Shown here one piece after another: positions 10,269 through 20,488 of a stretch of DNA of 64,000 nt. The notes under the pieces are model-generated. The model saw only the letters and a list, made by a program, of their open reading frames with translations. It was not told the origin of the DNA and ran no database searches. This DNA comes from Betaproteobacteria bacterium (GTDB taxonomy: Bacteria; Pseudomonadota; Gammaproteobacteria; Burkholderiales; SG8-39). The position numbers and the translations under genes were made by a program. The DNA lies in the NCBI GenBank assembly GCA_009693235.1, contig SHXR01000007.1, positions 11,916-75,915 of the forward strand, read 5' to 3'. Position 1 is the stretch's first letter. Each line of letters opens with the position of its first letter.

Positions 10269-10352
10269 TCCGGCGCAACGCTGATCAAGCTATCCCGCGC
10301 GATCAGCTGCTTTCGGAGAGTTACGAGCTGGCCTGTTCAGTGACTCCCTAGC
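10269..10352 (+). repeat. dual-hairpin intergenic repeat, degenerate copy E
   Basis: ...gcaacgctgatcaagctatcccgcgcgatcagctgctttcggagagttacgagctggcctgttcagtgactccctag. Hairpin 1 is retained (GCTGATC...GATCAGC); the G5/C5 stem is lost. Confidence 0.7.
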
Positions 10353-10479
10353 GCAGCGCCCGCCTCGCCGCAATCCTTGGCAGGCACTGAAGGCCGTTCG
10401 ATACCCATCGCCTGAACGTGGGTAGCCGAAAACACAAAGATTTTCCGCTTGGAATTGCATCCTGGGTGCAGACCGTGTC

Positions 10480-10908
10480 ATGATTCCCGTCATGATTACT
10501 GCTCCCTATGATCAATCGGTATCCCCGTTCGGCGTAAAGATCCCGTTCGCGGAATACCTTGGCATCCAGCTCGTCTCGGCTGTCAAAGAAGGCGCTGCTA
10601 TTTCGATTGAAAGGCGGCCCGAACTCTCGAACAGCTTTGGCGCGATGCATGGCGGCGTTTTGATGACCGTGCTCGATCTGGTGATGACCGTTGCCGTTCG
10701 TGCACACTACGGTGTCGCCAGTGGCGTGATCACCATCGATATGTCGATCGGCTTCATGAATCCGGGCCTGTCCGCGGTCTCGGCGGAAGGCCGCGTGCTG
10801 AATGCCGGCAAGTCCACCTGTTTTTGCGAAAGCGAAGCGCGCGATGAATCGGGCTTGCTACTGGCCAAGGCGATCGGGACGTTTCGGTTGATGGATCCCA
10901 AAAGATAG
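10480..10908 (+). CDS. PaaI-family hotdog-fold thioesterase
   Basis: 142-aa ORF. Contains the SNSFGAMHGGVLMTVLDLVMTVAV motif typical of PaaI/4HBT thioesterases. Confidence 0.8.
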   Translation: MIPVMITAPYDQSVSPFGVKIPFAEYLGIQLVSAVKEGAAISIERRPELSNSFGAMHGGVLMTVLDLVMTVAVRAHYGVASGVITIDMSIGFMNPGLSAVSAEGRVLNAGKSTCFCESEARDESGLLLAKAIGTFRLMDPKR

Positions 10909-10927
10909 GGCGTTGCACCCTATCTTT
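10901..10927. terminator. hairpin between convergent genes (candidate bidirectional terminator)
   Basis: aaagataggg-cgttgca-ccctatcttt: 10-bp perfect stem, 7-nt loop, with A/T tracts forming the stem base. It overlaps the thioesterase stop codon. Confidence 0.5.
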
Positions 10928-11010
10928 GTGAAGAGGGAAGGTTGAAAGGTGATCCCCCTCTCCCCAGCCCGTTTCCCGTTTCACATCTCCCGTTTCACAG
11001 CTTCCAAGCG

Positions 11011-11789
11011 CTAGCGTGGAAGCTCCGGCCCCATCCGCAAGTCCGCCCCACCTACATACAGGCGATTCCAGGTTGGCGAGATCACGATCTCATTGAGACA
11101 TAGATGAGCGGGCGACTCGGCCACGAAACGCACGACTCGACCGAGATCCTCCGGTTGCAGCATGCGCGCAATTTCTTCATCCGATGGTGGGACGGCACGG
11201 GTCTTCAAAATCGGCGTGGCCACTTCACCCGGACAAATCACGCAACCGCGGATGCCGTTGACGCCATCTTCCATATTCAGCTGATCGGTCATCGCGCCCA
11301 TGCCATGTTTGGTCACGGCATAGGCCGGGCCCGCAAGATACCCGGGGTAGCGCCCAGCCATGACGAGATATTGATGATCAAGCCGTTGCGCCGCGCCCGC
11401 ATTGAAGGCAGCACCGCAAGCATCGTATACATCGCCCCTTTGAGATTGATATCGACGACGCGGTCCCAGTCAGCGACCGAGAGATCCTTGTAGCGGCGCT
11501 TCGGCACGTTGATGCCAGCCGAATTCACGAGAATATCTATCGCACCGTGCCGCGCAACGATCGCGTCGTGCGCAGCGCTCACCTGCGGCTGCACCGTCGC
11601 ATCCATTGGGACGCTCTCTGCCCGGCCGCCGGCACGCGCGATGATGGCGCGTGCTTCATCGAGTTGCGCGGCACGTCGACCAGCCAATACAACCAGCGCG
11701 CCGGATTGCGCCAGCGCCACTGCAGCAGATTGTCCAATGCCGCTGCCTGCACTCGTGACCCAGGCAATTTTTCCGTCGAGCATTCCCAT
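11011..11789 (-). pseudogene. SDR-family oxidoreductase, one frameshift
   Basis: N-terminal half from ATG 11789 (AGGAGA SD) reads MGMLDGKIAWVTSAGSGIGQSAAVALA...NSAG...IINISS, in ORF 11313..12020. The catalytic half (MAGRYPGYLAGPAYAVTKHG, i.e. YxxxK) is in ORF 11011..11361. One frame switch near 11355-11362. Confidence 0.8.
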
Positions 11790-11905
11790 CCGCGTCTCCT
11801 CGTCCACGATGATCACGAACGATGGTAGCACCCACGCTACATCGACCCGTCCGCTCGGAGATATCCCACTATAATCGTCCACACCCCAGTGAGGAAAGCA
11901 TTGCA

Positions 11906-13240
11906 TTGAACGAACGTGACGCGAAAGATGTCCTGCTCGCGCGTGCCATCGACACCGCCGGCGCGTTCGGCGTGACGGCTGCCGTGCGCGATGCGTGTTC
12001 CAGCGAAGCCGCGCGGACATGCAATTTGCCCGACGAACCTTCCAAGCCGGACATCGAGCGCTTCATCGTTCGTCGCACGGACCGGCTGCTCGCAAAGGCT
12101 GGCACCGAGGCATCCGCAATCGACCGGCTGCGGGCGTTGCAGATTCCCAGCTGGATGTTTCCGGCGCTGATGCTGGCGGCCTTCATCGCCGGCATGACGA
12201 GTCACGCGTTGGGTGATGCCAAGCGGATCAATCTTCTGCTTGCGCCACTCCTGGCGATCCTGGCCTGGAACGCTGTCATGTATGTCGTGCTCGCCTTACG
12301 CCGATTCCTCCCGCACGGAACGATCGCATCGTCGGTCGCAACCTGGCATTGGCGCCGCTCGATCGGCACGCAACCTTGCACCTTGAATGATGCATGCAAG
12401 GCGTGGTTCACGCATGCCGCACCGCTCATCGATGCGCGGGCGAGCGTCGCCTTGCATAGCGCGGCGATCGCTCTCACCATGGGTGCCATCACCGGCATGT
12501 ATGTGCGCGGCTTGGGCCTCGAATATCTGGCCGGCTGGGAAAGTACCTTTCTCGACGAGCATGGGGTGCAGCGCATCTTGTCGCTCGCGCTGTCGGCGGG
12601 CTCGCTCATTACCAGTATCGAGATCGGTGATGCCGGCCGCATCGCCACGCTGCGCTTTCGGGACGGCGCCGGTGGCGCGCCCGCTGGGCCATGGATTCAC
12701 TTGTACGCAGCAACCGCTACGATGCTCGTAATCATTCCGCGTCTTCTGCTGGCTGCACTTGCCCGAATGCGGGTGCGGGCGCTCGCCGAGCGATCGCCAA
12801 TCTCCCTGGACGATCCGTACATACGCCAGATGCTTCGACAGGTCTCGAAAAAAACTTCGCGGATCAGCGTCATCCCCGTGGCCTTGAACATGGACGCGGG
12901 ACTGCGCCAGGCGCTGCAGGCCGCGCTTGAAGAATCGCTTGGTGGACGCATCGAACTCACCATCGAGGCAACCGTTTCCTACGGCGAATCGATGCGTACA
13001 TCGAACCATGACCGCGTTCTTGTCTTCGCCGCTGCCGCGACACCCGAACCCGAAGTCCATGGCGCGCTGATCGATGCCACCAAGCCGGTCGCGGTGGTGA
13101 TCGATGAAACCGCGCTGCGCCAGCGATTCGGTGCCGATCAGACCATGGCGCATCGTATCGAAGAGCGGCGCAACACGTGGCGAGCCTTGGTGGCCAGCGC
13201 GCATTTGACGCCGGTATTCATCGCCGCAGCCCTACCATGA
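11906..13240 (+). CDS. DUF2868-like polytopic membrane protein
   Basis: ORF 11822..13240. TTG 11906 behind GAGGA is the more plausible start; ATG 11822 is the alternative. Central hydrophobic helices (FPALMLAAFIAGM, LLAPLLAILAWNAVMYVVLAL, AAIALTMGAITGMYV, ATATMLVIIPRLLLAAL). The stop overlaps the next gene in ATGA. Confidence 0.7.
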   Translation: MNERDAKDVLLARAIDTAGAFGVTAAVRDACSSEAARTCNLPDEPSKPDIERFIVRRTDRLLAKAGTEASAIDRLRALQIPSWMFPALMLAAFIAGMTSHALGDAKRINLLLAPLLAILAWNAVMYVVLALRRFLPHGTIASSVATWHWRRSIGTQPCTLNDACKAWFTHAAPLIDARASVALHSAAIALTMGAITGMYVRGLGLEYLAGWESTFLDEHGVQRILSLALSAGSLITSIEIGDAGRIATLRFRDGAGGAPAGPWIHLYAATATMLVIIPRLLLAALARMRVRALAERSPISLDDPYIRQMLRQVSKKTSRISVIPVALNMDAGLRQALQAALEESLGGRIELTIEATVSYGESMRTSNHDRVLVFAAAATPEPEVHGALIDATKPVAVVIDETALRQRFGADQTMAHRIEERRNTWRALVASAHLTPVFIAAALP

Positions 13241-14667
13241 ACACCATCACCCTCACGCTCGTCTCGCACACAAACGCCGGCAAGACCACCCTCGCCCGCA
13301 CTCTGTTACGCCGCGATGTCGGTGAAGTGCGCGATGCGCCGCATGTCACGCAGGAGAATGAACCGTTCGATCTACTGAAAGCAAACGACGGCGCGGTGCT
13401 GCGGCTATGGGATACGCCTGGATTTGGTGATTCGGTACGCCTTGCCGAGCGTCTGGCGCAATCGGGCAATCCGATTGGATGGCTGCTCACTAACGTTTGG
13501 GACCGCCTCACCGATCGCAACTTCTGGTTCAGCCAGCAGATCCTGCGCAATGTTCGCGACGAGGCCGACGTGGTGTTGTATCTGGTCAACGCGACCGAAG
13601 ACCCGGTGCATGTCGGCTACATCGCACCGGAAATGCGGATCCTCACCTGGGTCGGCAAGCCGGTGCTGGTGCTCCTCAATCAGCTTGGCCCACCGCGCGA
13701 TCTTGCCCATGAAGAAGCCGAGATCACCCGCTGGCGCGATGTGTTCGCCAAGACACCGATCGTGAAAGAGGTCTTGCCGCTCGATGCGTTCGCCCGGTGC
13801 TGGGTGCAGGAGGATGCACTGCTCGCCTGTGTCGAATCACTGCTCTCTGGCGGCAAGCAAGCGCATTTCGCAGCGCTTCGCGCCGCCTGGGCCGCGCGCA
13901 ATCGGCAGGCGTTCGACGATGCGATGCGTGCGCTGGCGGTTCCTCTCGTGCGCGCCGCGCAAGCGAGGACCGTACTTGAACAGCACGGCTGGCTGGCATC
14001 GATCGTGCAGATGGCCATGCGCGTCGGCAGACGTGGTGGCAAAACCGGGCCAGAAGCGAAGGCGATCGAAGCGCTCGGCAACGCGGCGGCGGTCGACATT
14101 CGACAGTCCACCGATGCGCTCCTTCGCCTGCACGGATTGGACGGCACGGCGACCCAGAAGATTCTCGATCGCCTGTCCGCGCAGGTGGGAATAACGCGAC
14201 CGATCGACGAAAATCAGGCCACCGTAATTGGCGGCGCGGTGATCGGCGCTCTTTCGGGACTGGTCGGCGATCTCGCGGCCGGTGGTCTCACCTTGGGCGG
14301 CGCGGCCCTAAGCGGCGCGGTGGCCGGTGCGCTCGCTGCACGTCTTGCCGCGCGCGGCATCAATCGGCTGCGCAGCACCGAACAAACCAGCCTCGCATGG
14401 AACGAAGCTTTTCTCACCGAGCTCACGCGCTCATCAATGCTGCGTTATCTTGCCGTCGCGCATTTCGGGCGTGGCCGCGGCGAGTGGACGGAAAGCGAAT
14501 TTCCGCGCCATTGGCAACCGGTCGTCGATGCCGTAATCGCGGCACGATCCGATCATCTGCGCATCGCCCTCGCGGCAGGACGCACGCATGGCGATGCCAC
14601 GCCGCTTGCCGATTGGCTTGGCGAGGGTTGCAGGGAAGTGCTGGCACACCTGTACCCGCAGCCTTGA
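13237..14667 (+). CDS. P-loop GTPase with C-terminal DUF3482-like glycine-zipper membrane domain
   Basis: Starts at internal ATG 13237 (MNTITLTLVSHTNAGKTTLARTL is G1, WDTPGFGDS is G3, LLNQLG stands in the G4 position). C-terminus is VIGGAVIGALSGLVGDLAAGGLTLGGAALSGAVAGALAARLAA. ATGA overlap with the DUF2868 gene. Confidence 0.75.
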   Translation: MNTITLTLVSHTNAGKTTLARTLLRRDVGEVRDAPHVTQENEPFDLLKANDGAVLRLWDTPGFGDSVRLAERLAQSGNPIGWLLTNVWDRLTDRNFWFSQQILRNVRDEADVVLYLVNATEDPVHVGYIAPEMRILTWVGKPVLVLLNQLGPPRDLAHEEAEITRWRDVFAKTPIVKEVLPLDAFARCWVQEDALLACVESLLSGGKQAHFAALRAAWAARNRQAFDDAMRALAVPLVRAAQARTVLEQHGWLASIVQMAMRVGRRGGKTGPEAKAIEALGNAAAVDIRQSTDALLRLHGLDGTATQKILDRLSAQVGITRPIDENQATVIGGAVIGALSGLVGDLAAGGLTLGGAALSGAVAGALAARLAARGINRLRSTEQTSLAWNEAFLTELTRSSMLRYLAVAHFGRGRGEWTESEFPRHWQPVVDAVIAARSDHLRIALAAGRTHGDATPLADWLGEGCREVLAHLYPQP

Positions 14668-14684
14668 TTGGGGAGAGCGGCTGT

Positions 14685-15380
14685 CTACCGCTTCGCGTAT
14701 TGCTGGTCGCCGAAGTAGTTCTGACGTTGTTCCGGGGTAAGCGGGCCTGGCTTGCGCGCATCCTTCAAGACTTCAAGGGCGCGCTGCACCGCCGGTCGCG
14801 CATTGATACCATCAAACCAGGCCTTGACGCGCGGATAGTCTTCGATTTCCACACCCTGGTTCTTATACGAGCGCAGCCACGGGAAAATCGCCATATCGGC
14901 GATCGTGTATTCATCGCACGCCACAAACGGCGATTCCGCTAGCCGTCGATCCAACACGCCATACAAACGATTCGCCTCCTTCGCATAGCGCGTCATGGCG
15001 TATGTGATTTTCTCCGGGGCGTAGATCATGAAATGGTGCGCTTGGCCAAGCATCGGGCCCACGCCACCCATCTGGAACATCAACCACTGCAACGTCGACC
15101 ATTTCTTGCGCAAGTCATTGGGCAGGAAGTCCCCGGTTTTCGAGGCGAGATAAATCAGCATGGCACCGGACTCGAAGACCGCAATCGGCTTACAGCCAGG
15201 CCCGTCCGAATCGACCATGGCAGGCATCTTGTTGTTCGGGCTGATTTTCAGAAACTCCGGCTGAAACTGATCGCCCTTGCCGATGTCGATGGGATGCACA
15301 CGATAGGGTGTCCCAGTTTCTTCCAGCATGATGTGGATCTTGTGGCCGTTGGGCGTGGGCCAGGTATAGAGGTCGATCAT
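14685..15380 (-). CDS. yfcG: glutathione S-transferase family protein, YfcG-like disulfide-bond reductase
   Basis: From internal ATG 15380 (GAAGGAG SD): MIDLYTWPTPNGHKIHIMLEE...GKGDQFQPEFLKISPNNKMPAMVD...LQWLMFQMGGVGPMLGQAHHF. This closely parallels E. coli YfcG. Confidence 0.8.
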   Translation of the reverse strand: MIDLYTWPTPNGHKIHIMLEETGTPYRVHPIDIGKGDQFQPEFLKISPNNKMPAMVDSDGPGCKPIAVFESGAMLIYLASKTGDFLPNDLRKKWSTLQWLMFQMGGVGPMLGQAHHFMIYAPEKITYAMTRYAKEANRLYGVLDRRLAESPFVACDEYTIADMAIFPWLRSYKNQGVEIEDYPRVKAWFDGINARPAVQRALEVLKDARKPGPLTPEQRQNYFGDQQYAKR

Positions 15381-15539
15381 TGGGTCCGGCTCCTTCACGG
15401 TTGGGAAGAGTGGGTTTTGCCGCAGGACAACGCGTCGCCCACCATTATCACCGTAACGAACGGTCCAAGTATGCAGGGGTCGTGGCGGCGCCTCGTCCAC
15501 CAAATCTGCCGGCCACGCGCCGCGTTGATCGGCCTCGCG

Positions 15540-17627
15540 CTAATGCCCGGCCGTTGCCTGCGGTACGTGCGCCGATGGAATCGGCGTATCGTCCATCACG
15601 ATTGCCAGCCCGGATTCTTTAGCCGGCGCTGCGGCGATCTCCACCGCGGCGGGCACCGCCGCCTTTGGCGCAGGAGCGAGTGCACTGACGACTTCCCGGT
15701 CGATGATAGGTGGCAACGGTGAATCCAGTGCCGCGGCGACCGCCCGCATCAACTCTGCCTTTCGCACCGAAATGCGTCCATCGGCGATGACGGCGGCGAG
15801 ACATGCCTTGATGAACTGCGGCTTCTTGAGTGGCGCGAGCCGCGCGATCCGCGCGAGCGACTACTCGACTTCATCCATCTTGATGGCAGATGGCGCAAGG
15901 AGCGTCGCACCTTCCAGTTCGATATCCTTCATCAGCTTATCGAACAACACGCTGCCCTCAGATGCGATGCGCACGAAAAGCGAAAGGACCTTGGCGATGT
16001 CATCCCGAAGCGGCGTGAGCGACATATATTTCGCCATCTTGCCGCGATGGGGCGTGTCATCCATGGCGCGGGTGAGCATCACCGACAAGGCGAAATCGAA
16101 TGGCGTAATGCGTCCGTCGGCGGCAATAATCTGACGCACCAGCCCGGCAAATCGCAACCTATTTTCCCGCGGCACTGCACGCAGCGTCGGCAGCGCAAGC
16201 GACACAATCGGCAAGCGCAGGTGTTGATTTTGGCCACGGAACGTGCCAATCACGGTGCGCGCAAAAGCGAGGGCCGCTGATTCGCCCGCGGCTGACACGA
16301 TCGCGCCGATATTTGCTTCCGGTTTCGCATCGGTCGCGAGCAACGCGATGATGATGCCTTTCGCGCCATCCAGGTGTCCGAGCCCGGCGCGAATCGACTC
16401 AGGGAATGAGGCGATCAGCGCTTTGGCATAGTCGACGTGGTACGCCTCCGGATTCCCGATGCTCGAAACGACTTGATCAGCCCCCACCACGACGGTCGCG
16501 GCCCCACCAGAAATCGCCGGCGCCGCTCTGGGCGGTAACGCCTGCGCTGCCATCGCAGCCATGGCAGCATGCTGACGCAACGGACGCGCAGGCGTTACCG
16601 GCAGCTCAGCGTCTTGGCTATTCGCTGAATCGTCCTCACTCTCCCCATCTGCTCGCTCATATGCTTCAGCAGCTTGGCGAAGGCGTTCTTTGGCACTGGG
16701 GCCGAGTACGCGTCCGATACGATCTTCCAGCGGCGGGTGGGTGGCAAAGAGGCCGCTGATGCGTGATTCCAATGCCGCGGCGATAAACATGTGACTGACT
16801 TCGGCCGTCGCCGGATGATCGACGATGCCGCTCTCTGTGGCGATACGAATAAGCGCCGACCCGATGCCATCGGGATTGCGTGTGAACTGCACCGCCGAGG
16901 CATCGGCAAGATATTCGCGTTGCCGGCTGACGGCAGCACGAATCATGTTGGCCGCGAATAATCCGATGGGGCCGATCGCCATCAGCGCGCCGCCGAAAGC
17001 GAATAACGCCAATGCGGCACGTCCATCCGAGCCGCGGGCGATATGAAAGAAGACGCGTCCGCCCTGCCCCACCATCTCGGTGCCAAACAAAAGACCAAGC
17101 ATGCGCAGATTCAAGCGCATATCGCCATTCAAAACATGGCTGAATTCATGCCCGATGACGCCTTGCAGTTCCTCGCGCTTCATCGATTCCAACAGGCCAA
17201 AGGTGACCGCGATCGCTGCATCGTTCGGGGAGTAACCGGCGGCGAACGCATTGACGCCCGATTCGTGCTCCATCACGAACACCGCCGGCACCGGCACGCC
17301 CGATGCAATGGCCATCTCCTCGACGACATTGAGGAGCTGCTTTTCCTGCAGGTCGGTCGTCGATTGCAGGATACGGCGCCCGCCCATCATTTCCGCAACC
17401 GCACTGCCGCCTGCTCGCAGCATGGCGATCTTGACGCCCGACCCACCCAAGATGACGAGCGCGGTAATCAATGATATCGAGGCGATGAGCGGCAAACTCC
17501 GGTCGCCAACGGCGATGCACACCACCAAGTCGACGGCGATGACGACGCCCACCACCGCCAAGGCGAAGAGAATCGTCAGGCGGCGCGACGCTTTGCGGGC
17601 CGCATCCTGATGCGCGAAAAAATCCAT
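15540..17627 (-). pseudogene. M48-family zinc metallopeptidase with C-terminal TerB-like repeats, interrupted by an in-frame TAG
   Basis: ORF 15861..17627 has N-terminal TM segments and the HExxH motif (GVIGHEFSHVLNGD). The TAG at 15861-15863 is in frame with 15540..15860. That stretch continues the protein (SLARIARLAPLKKPQFIKACLAAVIADGRISVRKAELMRAVAAALDSPLPP), echoing the upstream ADGRITPFDFAL module. Confidence 0.8.
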
Positions 17628-17666
17628 GCGAGCCAGTTGAATCGACGAGGTTCGAAACCGCCGCGC

Positions 17667-18261
17667 CTAGGTAAAGCTCACCTTCGGCGCTTTGCGTTCC
17701 TTGGGCGCTTCAATGGCTTCGAGCAGCACGGATTCCTTGAAATGGAACATCCCGGCCAGAATGTTATTGGGGAAGCTTTCCACCGCGGTGTTGTAGGTCA
17801 TCACCGAGTCGTTGTAGGCTTGTCGCGAAAACGCGATCCTGTTCTCGGTGCTGGTCAACTCCTCGGAAAGCTGCATCATGTTTTGATTGGCTTTGAGATC
17901 GGGGTATGCCTCGCTCACCATCATGAATCGCGACAGAGCGCCCGCCAATCCGACCTCGGCGCTGGCAAGCCCCTGAATCGCTTGGCCCTCCCCTGGATCA
18001 GCGGCCGCCTTTTGCGATGCTGTGTAAGCGATATTGCGCACCTTGATCACGGCTTCGAGCGTTTCCCGCTCATGCTTCATGTAGCCCTTGGCCGTCTCGA
18101 TCAGATTGGGGATGAGATCGTAGCGACGCTTCAGCTGCACATCGATCTGCGCGAACGCGTTTTGAAGCGGTTCTTGAGGGCGACGAGATTGTTGTAAATG
18201 CTGATCAGCCAGAGTACCAACACGGCAATCAGAACCAGAATAACGATGGTAGTGGTGGACA
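17667..18261 (-). pseudogene. lemA: LemA family protein, one frameshift
   Basis: ATG 18259-18261 gives MSTTTIVILVLIAVLVLWLISIYNNLVALKNRFK and then a premature TGA. The LemA core (QLKRRYDLIPNLIETAKGYMKHERETLEAV...) continues in ORF 17667..18140. The switch is at an A4 run (18160-18163 on the + strand; A5 would restore NAFAQIDVQLK). Confidence 0.85.
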
Positions 18262-18314
18262 TGAGGCTCCCTGGGAGAGGTACAAACGGATGGCTGGATC
18301 GCGTCCTGGCGGCG

Positions 18315-19322
18315 TCAGATGAGCTTGACGAGTTGCTTCCCGAAGTTCCGTCCCTGCAACAGACCGATCAATGCTTCGGGCGCCGCGTCGAGTCCGGCCA
18401 CGACCGACTCACGATACCTGAGCTTTCCATCGGCCAGCCATTTGGTGAGATCCGCACGTGCCGGACGCCACAATTCCATACGGTCGCTCACGATAAACCC
18501 CTGCATTTTGATCCGATTCGTGAGCACGGAACGGATATTCTTCAGCCCATACACATCGTCTGATGTGGCGGCGTTGTACTGGGAGACCAATCCGCACACC
18601 GGCATGCGGGAGAACGGGTTCATCAGCGCCAGCACCGTATCCATGATACGGCCGCCTACGTTCTCAAAATAAACGTCGATGCCCTTGGGACAGGCGGCCT
18701 CGAGCGCTTCATAGAGATCGTCCGACTTGTGGTCGATACAGGCGTCGAAACCGAGTTCCTTCACGATGTAATCGCATTTTTCTTTGCCGCCCGCAATGCC
18801 GACTGTGCGCGCGCCGTGAATCTTGGCAATCTGGCCGACCACCCCACCCACCGCACCGGAAGCCGCCGACACGACCACCGTTTCGCCCGCCTTCGGTTGT
18901 CCGATGTCGAGCAGTCCGATCCATGCCGTGACACCCGGCATGCCAAGCACACCAAGATAAGCAGAGAGTGGTGCAGCCGTCGCATCCACCTTGGTGGCGC
19001 TCGTCCCGTCGGATGCGCTGTAGTGCTGCCAGCCAAAGCGGCCGGTGACGAAATCACCGACGTTGAATTTCTCATGACGGGATGCGATGACCTCGCCCAC
19101 CGTCCCGCCTTCCATGACTGCGCCGATGTCCACCGACTTTGCATACGACTTGGCCGCATCCATGCGACCGCGCATGTACGGATCAAGAGACAACCAGTGA
19201 TTGCGCACCACGAAGCCACCCTCTGGCGCAGCGGGAATCGACACCTCTTCGAGACGAAAATTTTGCGCCGTGGGCAAACCCTTGGGGCGACTGGCAAGAA
19301 CGATGCGTTGATTGGTTGGCAT
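18315..19322 (-). CDS. NADP-dependent oxidoreductase (MDR superfamily, YncB/CurA-like enone reductase)
   Basis: From internal ATG 19322: MPTNQRIVLASRPKGLPTAQNFRLEEVSIPAAPEGGFVVRNHWLSLDPYMRGRM... Contains the nucleotide-binding motif AASGAVGGVVGQIAK. Confidence 0.85.
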   Translation of the reverse strand: MPTNQRIVLASRPKGLPTAQNFRLEEVSIPAAPEGGFVVRNHWLSLDPYMRGRMDAAKSYAKSVDIGAVMEGGTVGEVIASRHEKFNVGDFVTGRFGWQHYSASDGTSATKVDATAAPLSAYLGVLGMPGVTAWIGLLDIGQPKAGETVVVSAASGAVGGVVGQIAKIHGARTVGIAGGKEKCDYIVKELGFDACIDHKSDDLYEALEAACPKGIDVYFENVGGRIMDTVLALMNPFSRMPVCGLVSQYNAATSDDVYGLKNIRSVLTNRIKMQGFIVSDRMELWRPARADLTKWLADGKLRYRESVVAGLDAAPEALIGLLQGRNFGKQLVKLI

Positions 19323-19494
19323 GATGGTCGAACGATGAAAAATCGTGGTTGGCGAGAGACGACGTATTGCGTGGCGATAGTAGCGCTTCGTCCCGCGCGG
19401 GGTAAATACGCGAGCGGTCGCGGCGCCTGCCCATTGCGATCGCTGAACACGGTTATGCTTGTGCCTTATCGGTCGATCGACCCATGGAGAGTGC

Positions 19495-20469
19495 ATGAAA
19501 GCCGTGTTGTGCAAGCAGCCTGGACCACCGTCTTCGCTGGTCGTAGAAAATATTGCATCGCCACAGCCTGGCCCCGGACAACTCGTTGTCACGATGCAGG
19601 CCGCGGGCGTGAATTTTCCCGATGTGCTGATCATCCAAGGCAAGTATCAACACAAGCCCGAGATGCCGTTTTCACCCGGCGCGGAAGCATCGGGCATCGT
19701 CAAAGCGGTCGGCCCTGGGGTCACTGGCTTTAGCGTTGGTGACGCCGTCGCAGCAGTGATGACCTATGGCGCCTTCGCCGAAGAGATCGTGGTGGATGCG
19801 GCCCGGGCCATCAAATTACCGGCGCGCTTCGATATGAAGGTCGCCGCCTGCTTCGGCCTTACCTACGGCACGTCGTATCACGCTCTCAAAGACCGCGCGC
19901 GGATTCGTCCGGGCGAAACGATGTTGGTCCTTGGCGCCGCAGGTGGCGTCGGCTTGGCCGCGGTCGAACTGGGTGCGTTGATGGGCGCGCGGGTCATTGC
20001 CGCGGCATCGAGTGAAGAAAAACTTGCGACCTGCCGGCGCTTTGGCGCGGCACACACGATCAACTATGCAGAAGAGGATCTTCGCGAAGCGCTGCGCAAG
20101 ATCGTGGGCAACGACGGTGTTGATGTCGTCTATGATCCGGTGGGCGACAAATATGCGGAGCCGGCCGTACGCAGTCTCGCGTGGGGCGGGCGGTTTCTTG
20201 TGGTTGGCTTCGCCGCAGGCGAAATTCCGAAAATTCCGCTCAATCTATTGCTGTTGAAAGGTGCTTCCATTGTCGGTGTGTTCTGGGGTAACTTTTCGCA
20301 GCGCGAAGCCGCCGCCAATGCGAACAACAACGCGACGCTGGTACGCTGGATTGCCTCGGGTCATCTGAAGCCCCTTATCAGCGCAACGTATCGGCTCGAT
20401 CAGGTGCCGGCGGCGCTCACCGACATGTCGAATCGCAAAGTGCAGGGCAAGGTCGTCGTCGTACCTTGA
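19495..20469 (+). CDS. NADPH:quinone oxidoreductase family protein (zeta-crystallin-like MDR)
   Basis: ATG 19495 behind GGAGAG. MKAVLCKQPGPPSSLVVENIASPQPGPGQLVV...GVNFPDVLIIQGKYQ...VLGAAGGVGLAAVELG. Confidence 0.85.
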   Translation: MKAVLCKQPGPPSSLVVENIASPQPGPGQLVVTMQAAGVNFPDVLIIQGKYQHKPEMPFSPGAEASGIVKAVGPGVTGFSVGDAVAAVMTYGAFAEEIVVDAARAIKLPARFDMKVAACFGLTYGTSYHALKDRARIRPGETMLVLGAAGGVGLAAVELGALMGARVIAAASSEEKLATCRRFGAAHTINYAEEDLREALRKIVGNDGVDVVYDPVGDKYAEPAVRSLAWGGRFLVVGFAAGEIPKIPLNLLLLKGASIVGVFWGNFSQREAAANANNNATLVRWIASGHLKPLISATYRLDQVPAALTDMSNRKVQGKVVVVP

Positions 20470-20488
20470 ATAGCCAAAGGAGAGAACG

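Noticed and set aside
15861-15863. All three premature stops (15861-15863, 33523-33525, 49145-49147) are TAG. Could TAG be read through or reassigned (amber suppression, pyrrolysine-like recoding)?
   Set aside because: TAG is used as the ordinary terminator of several intact genes here (amt, the methyltransferase at 3424-3426, the aldolase, the PcaD-like gene). In GC-rich genomes CAG-to-TAG and TGG-to-TAG transitions are the commonest routes to a stop. No pyl or suppressor-tRNA genes are seen.
17636-17666. tRNA T-arm-like motifs GGTTCGAAACC (17649) and GGTTCGAACC (6478).
   Set aside because: The first lies in a 39-nt intergenic gap, too short for a tRNA. The second is inside the Ldh-family coding frame. 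No acceptor or anticodon stems can be drawn around either.
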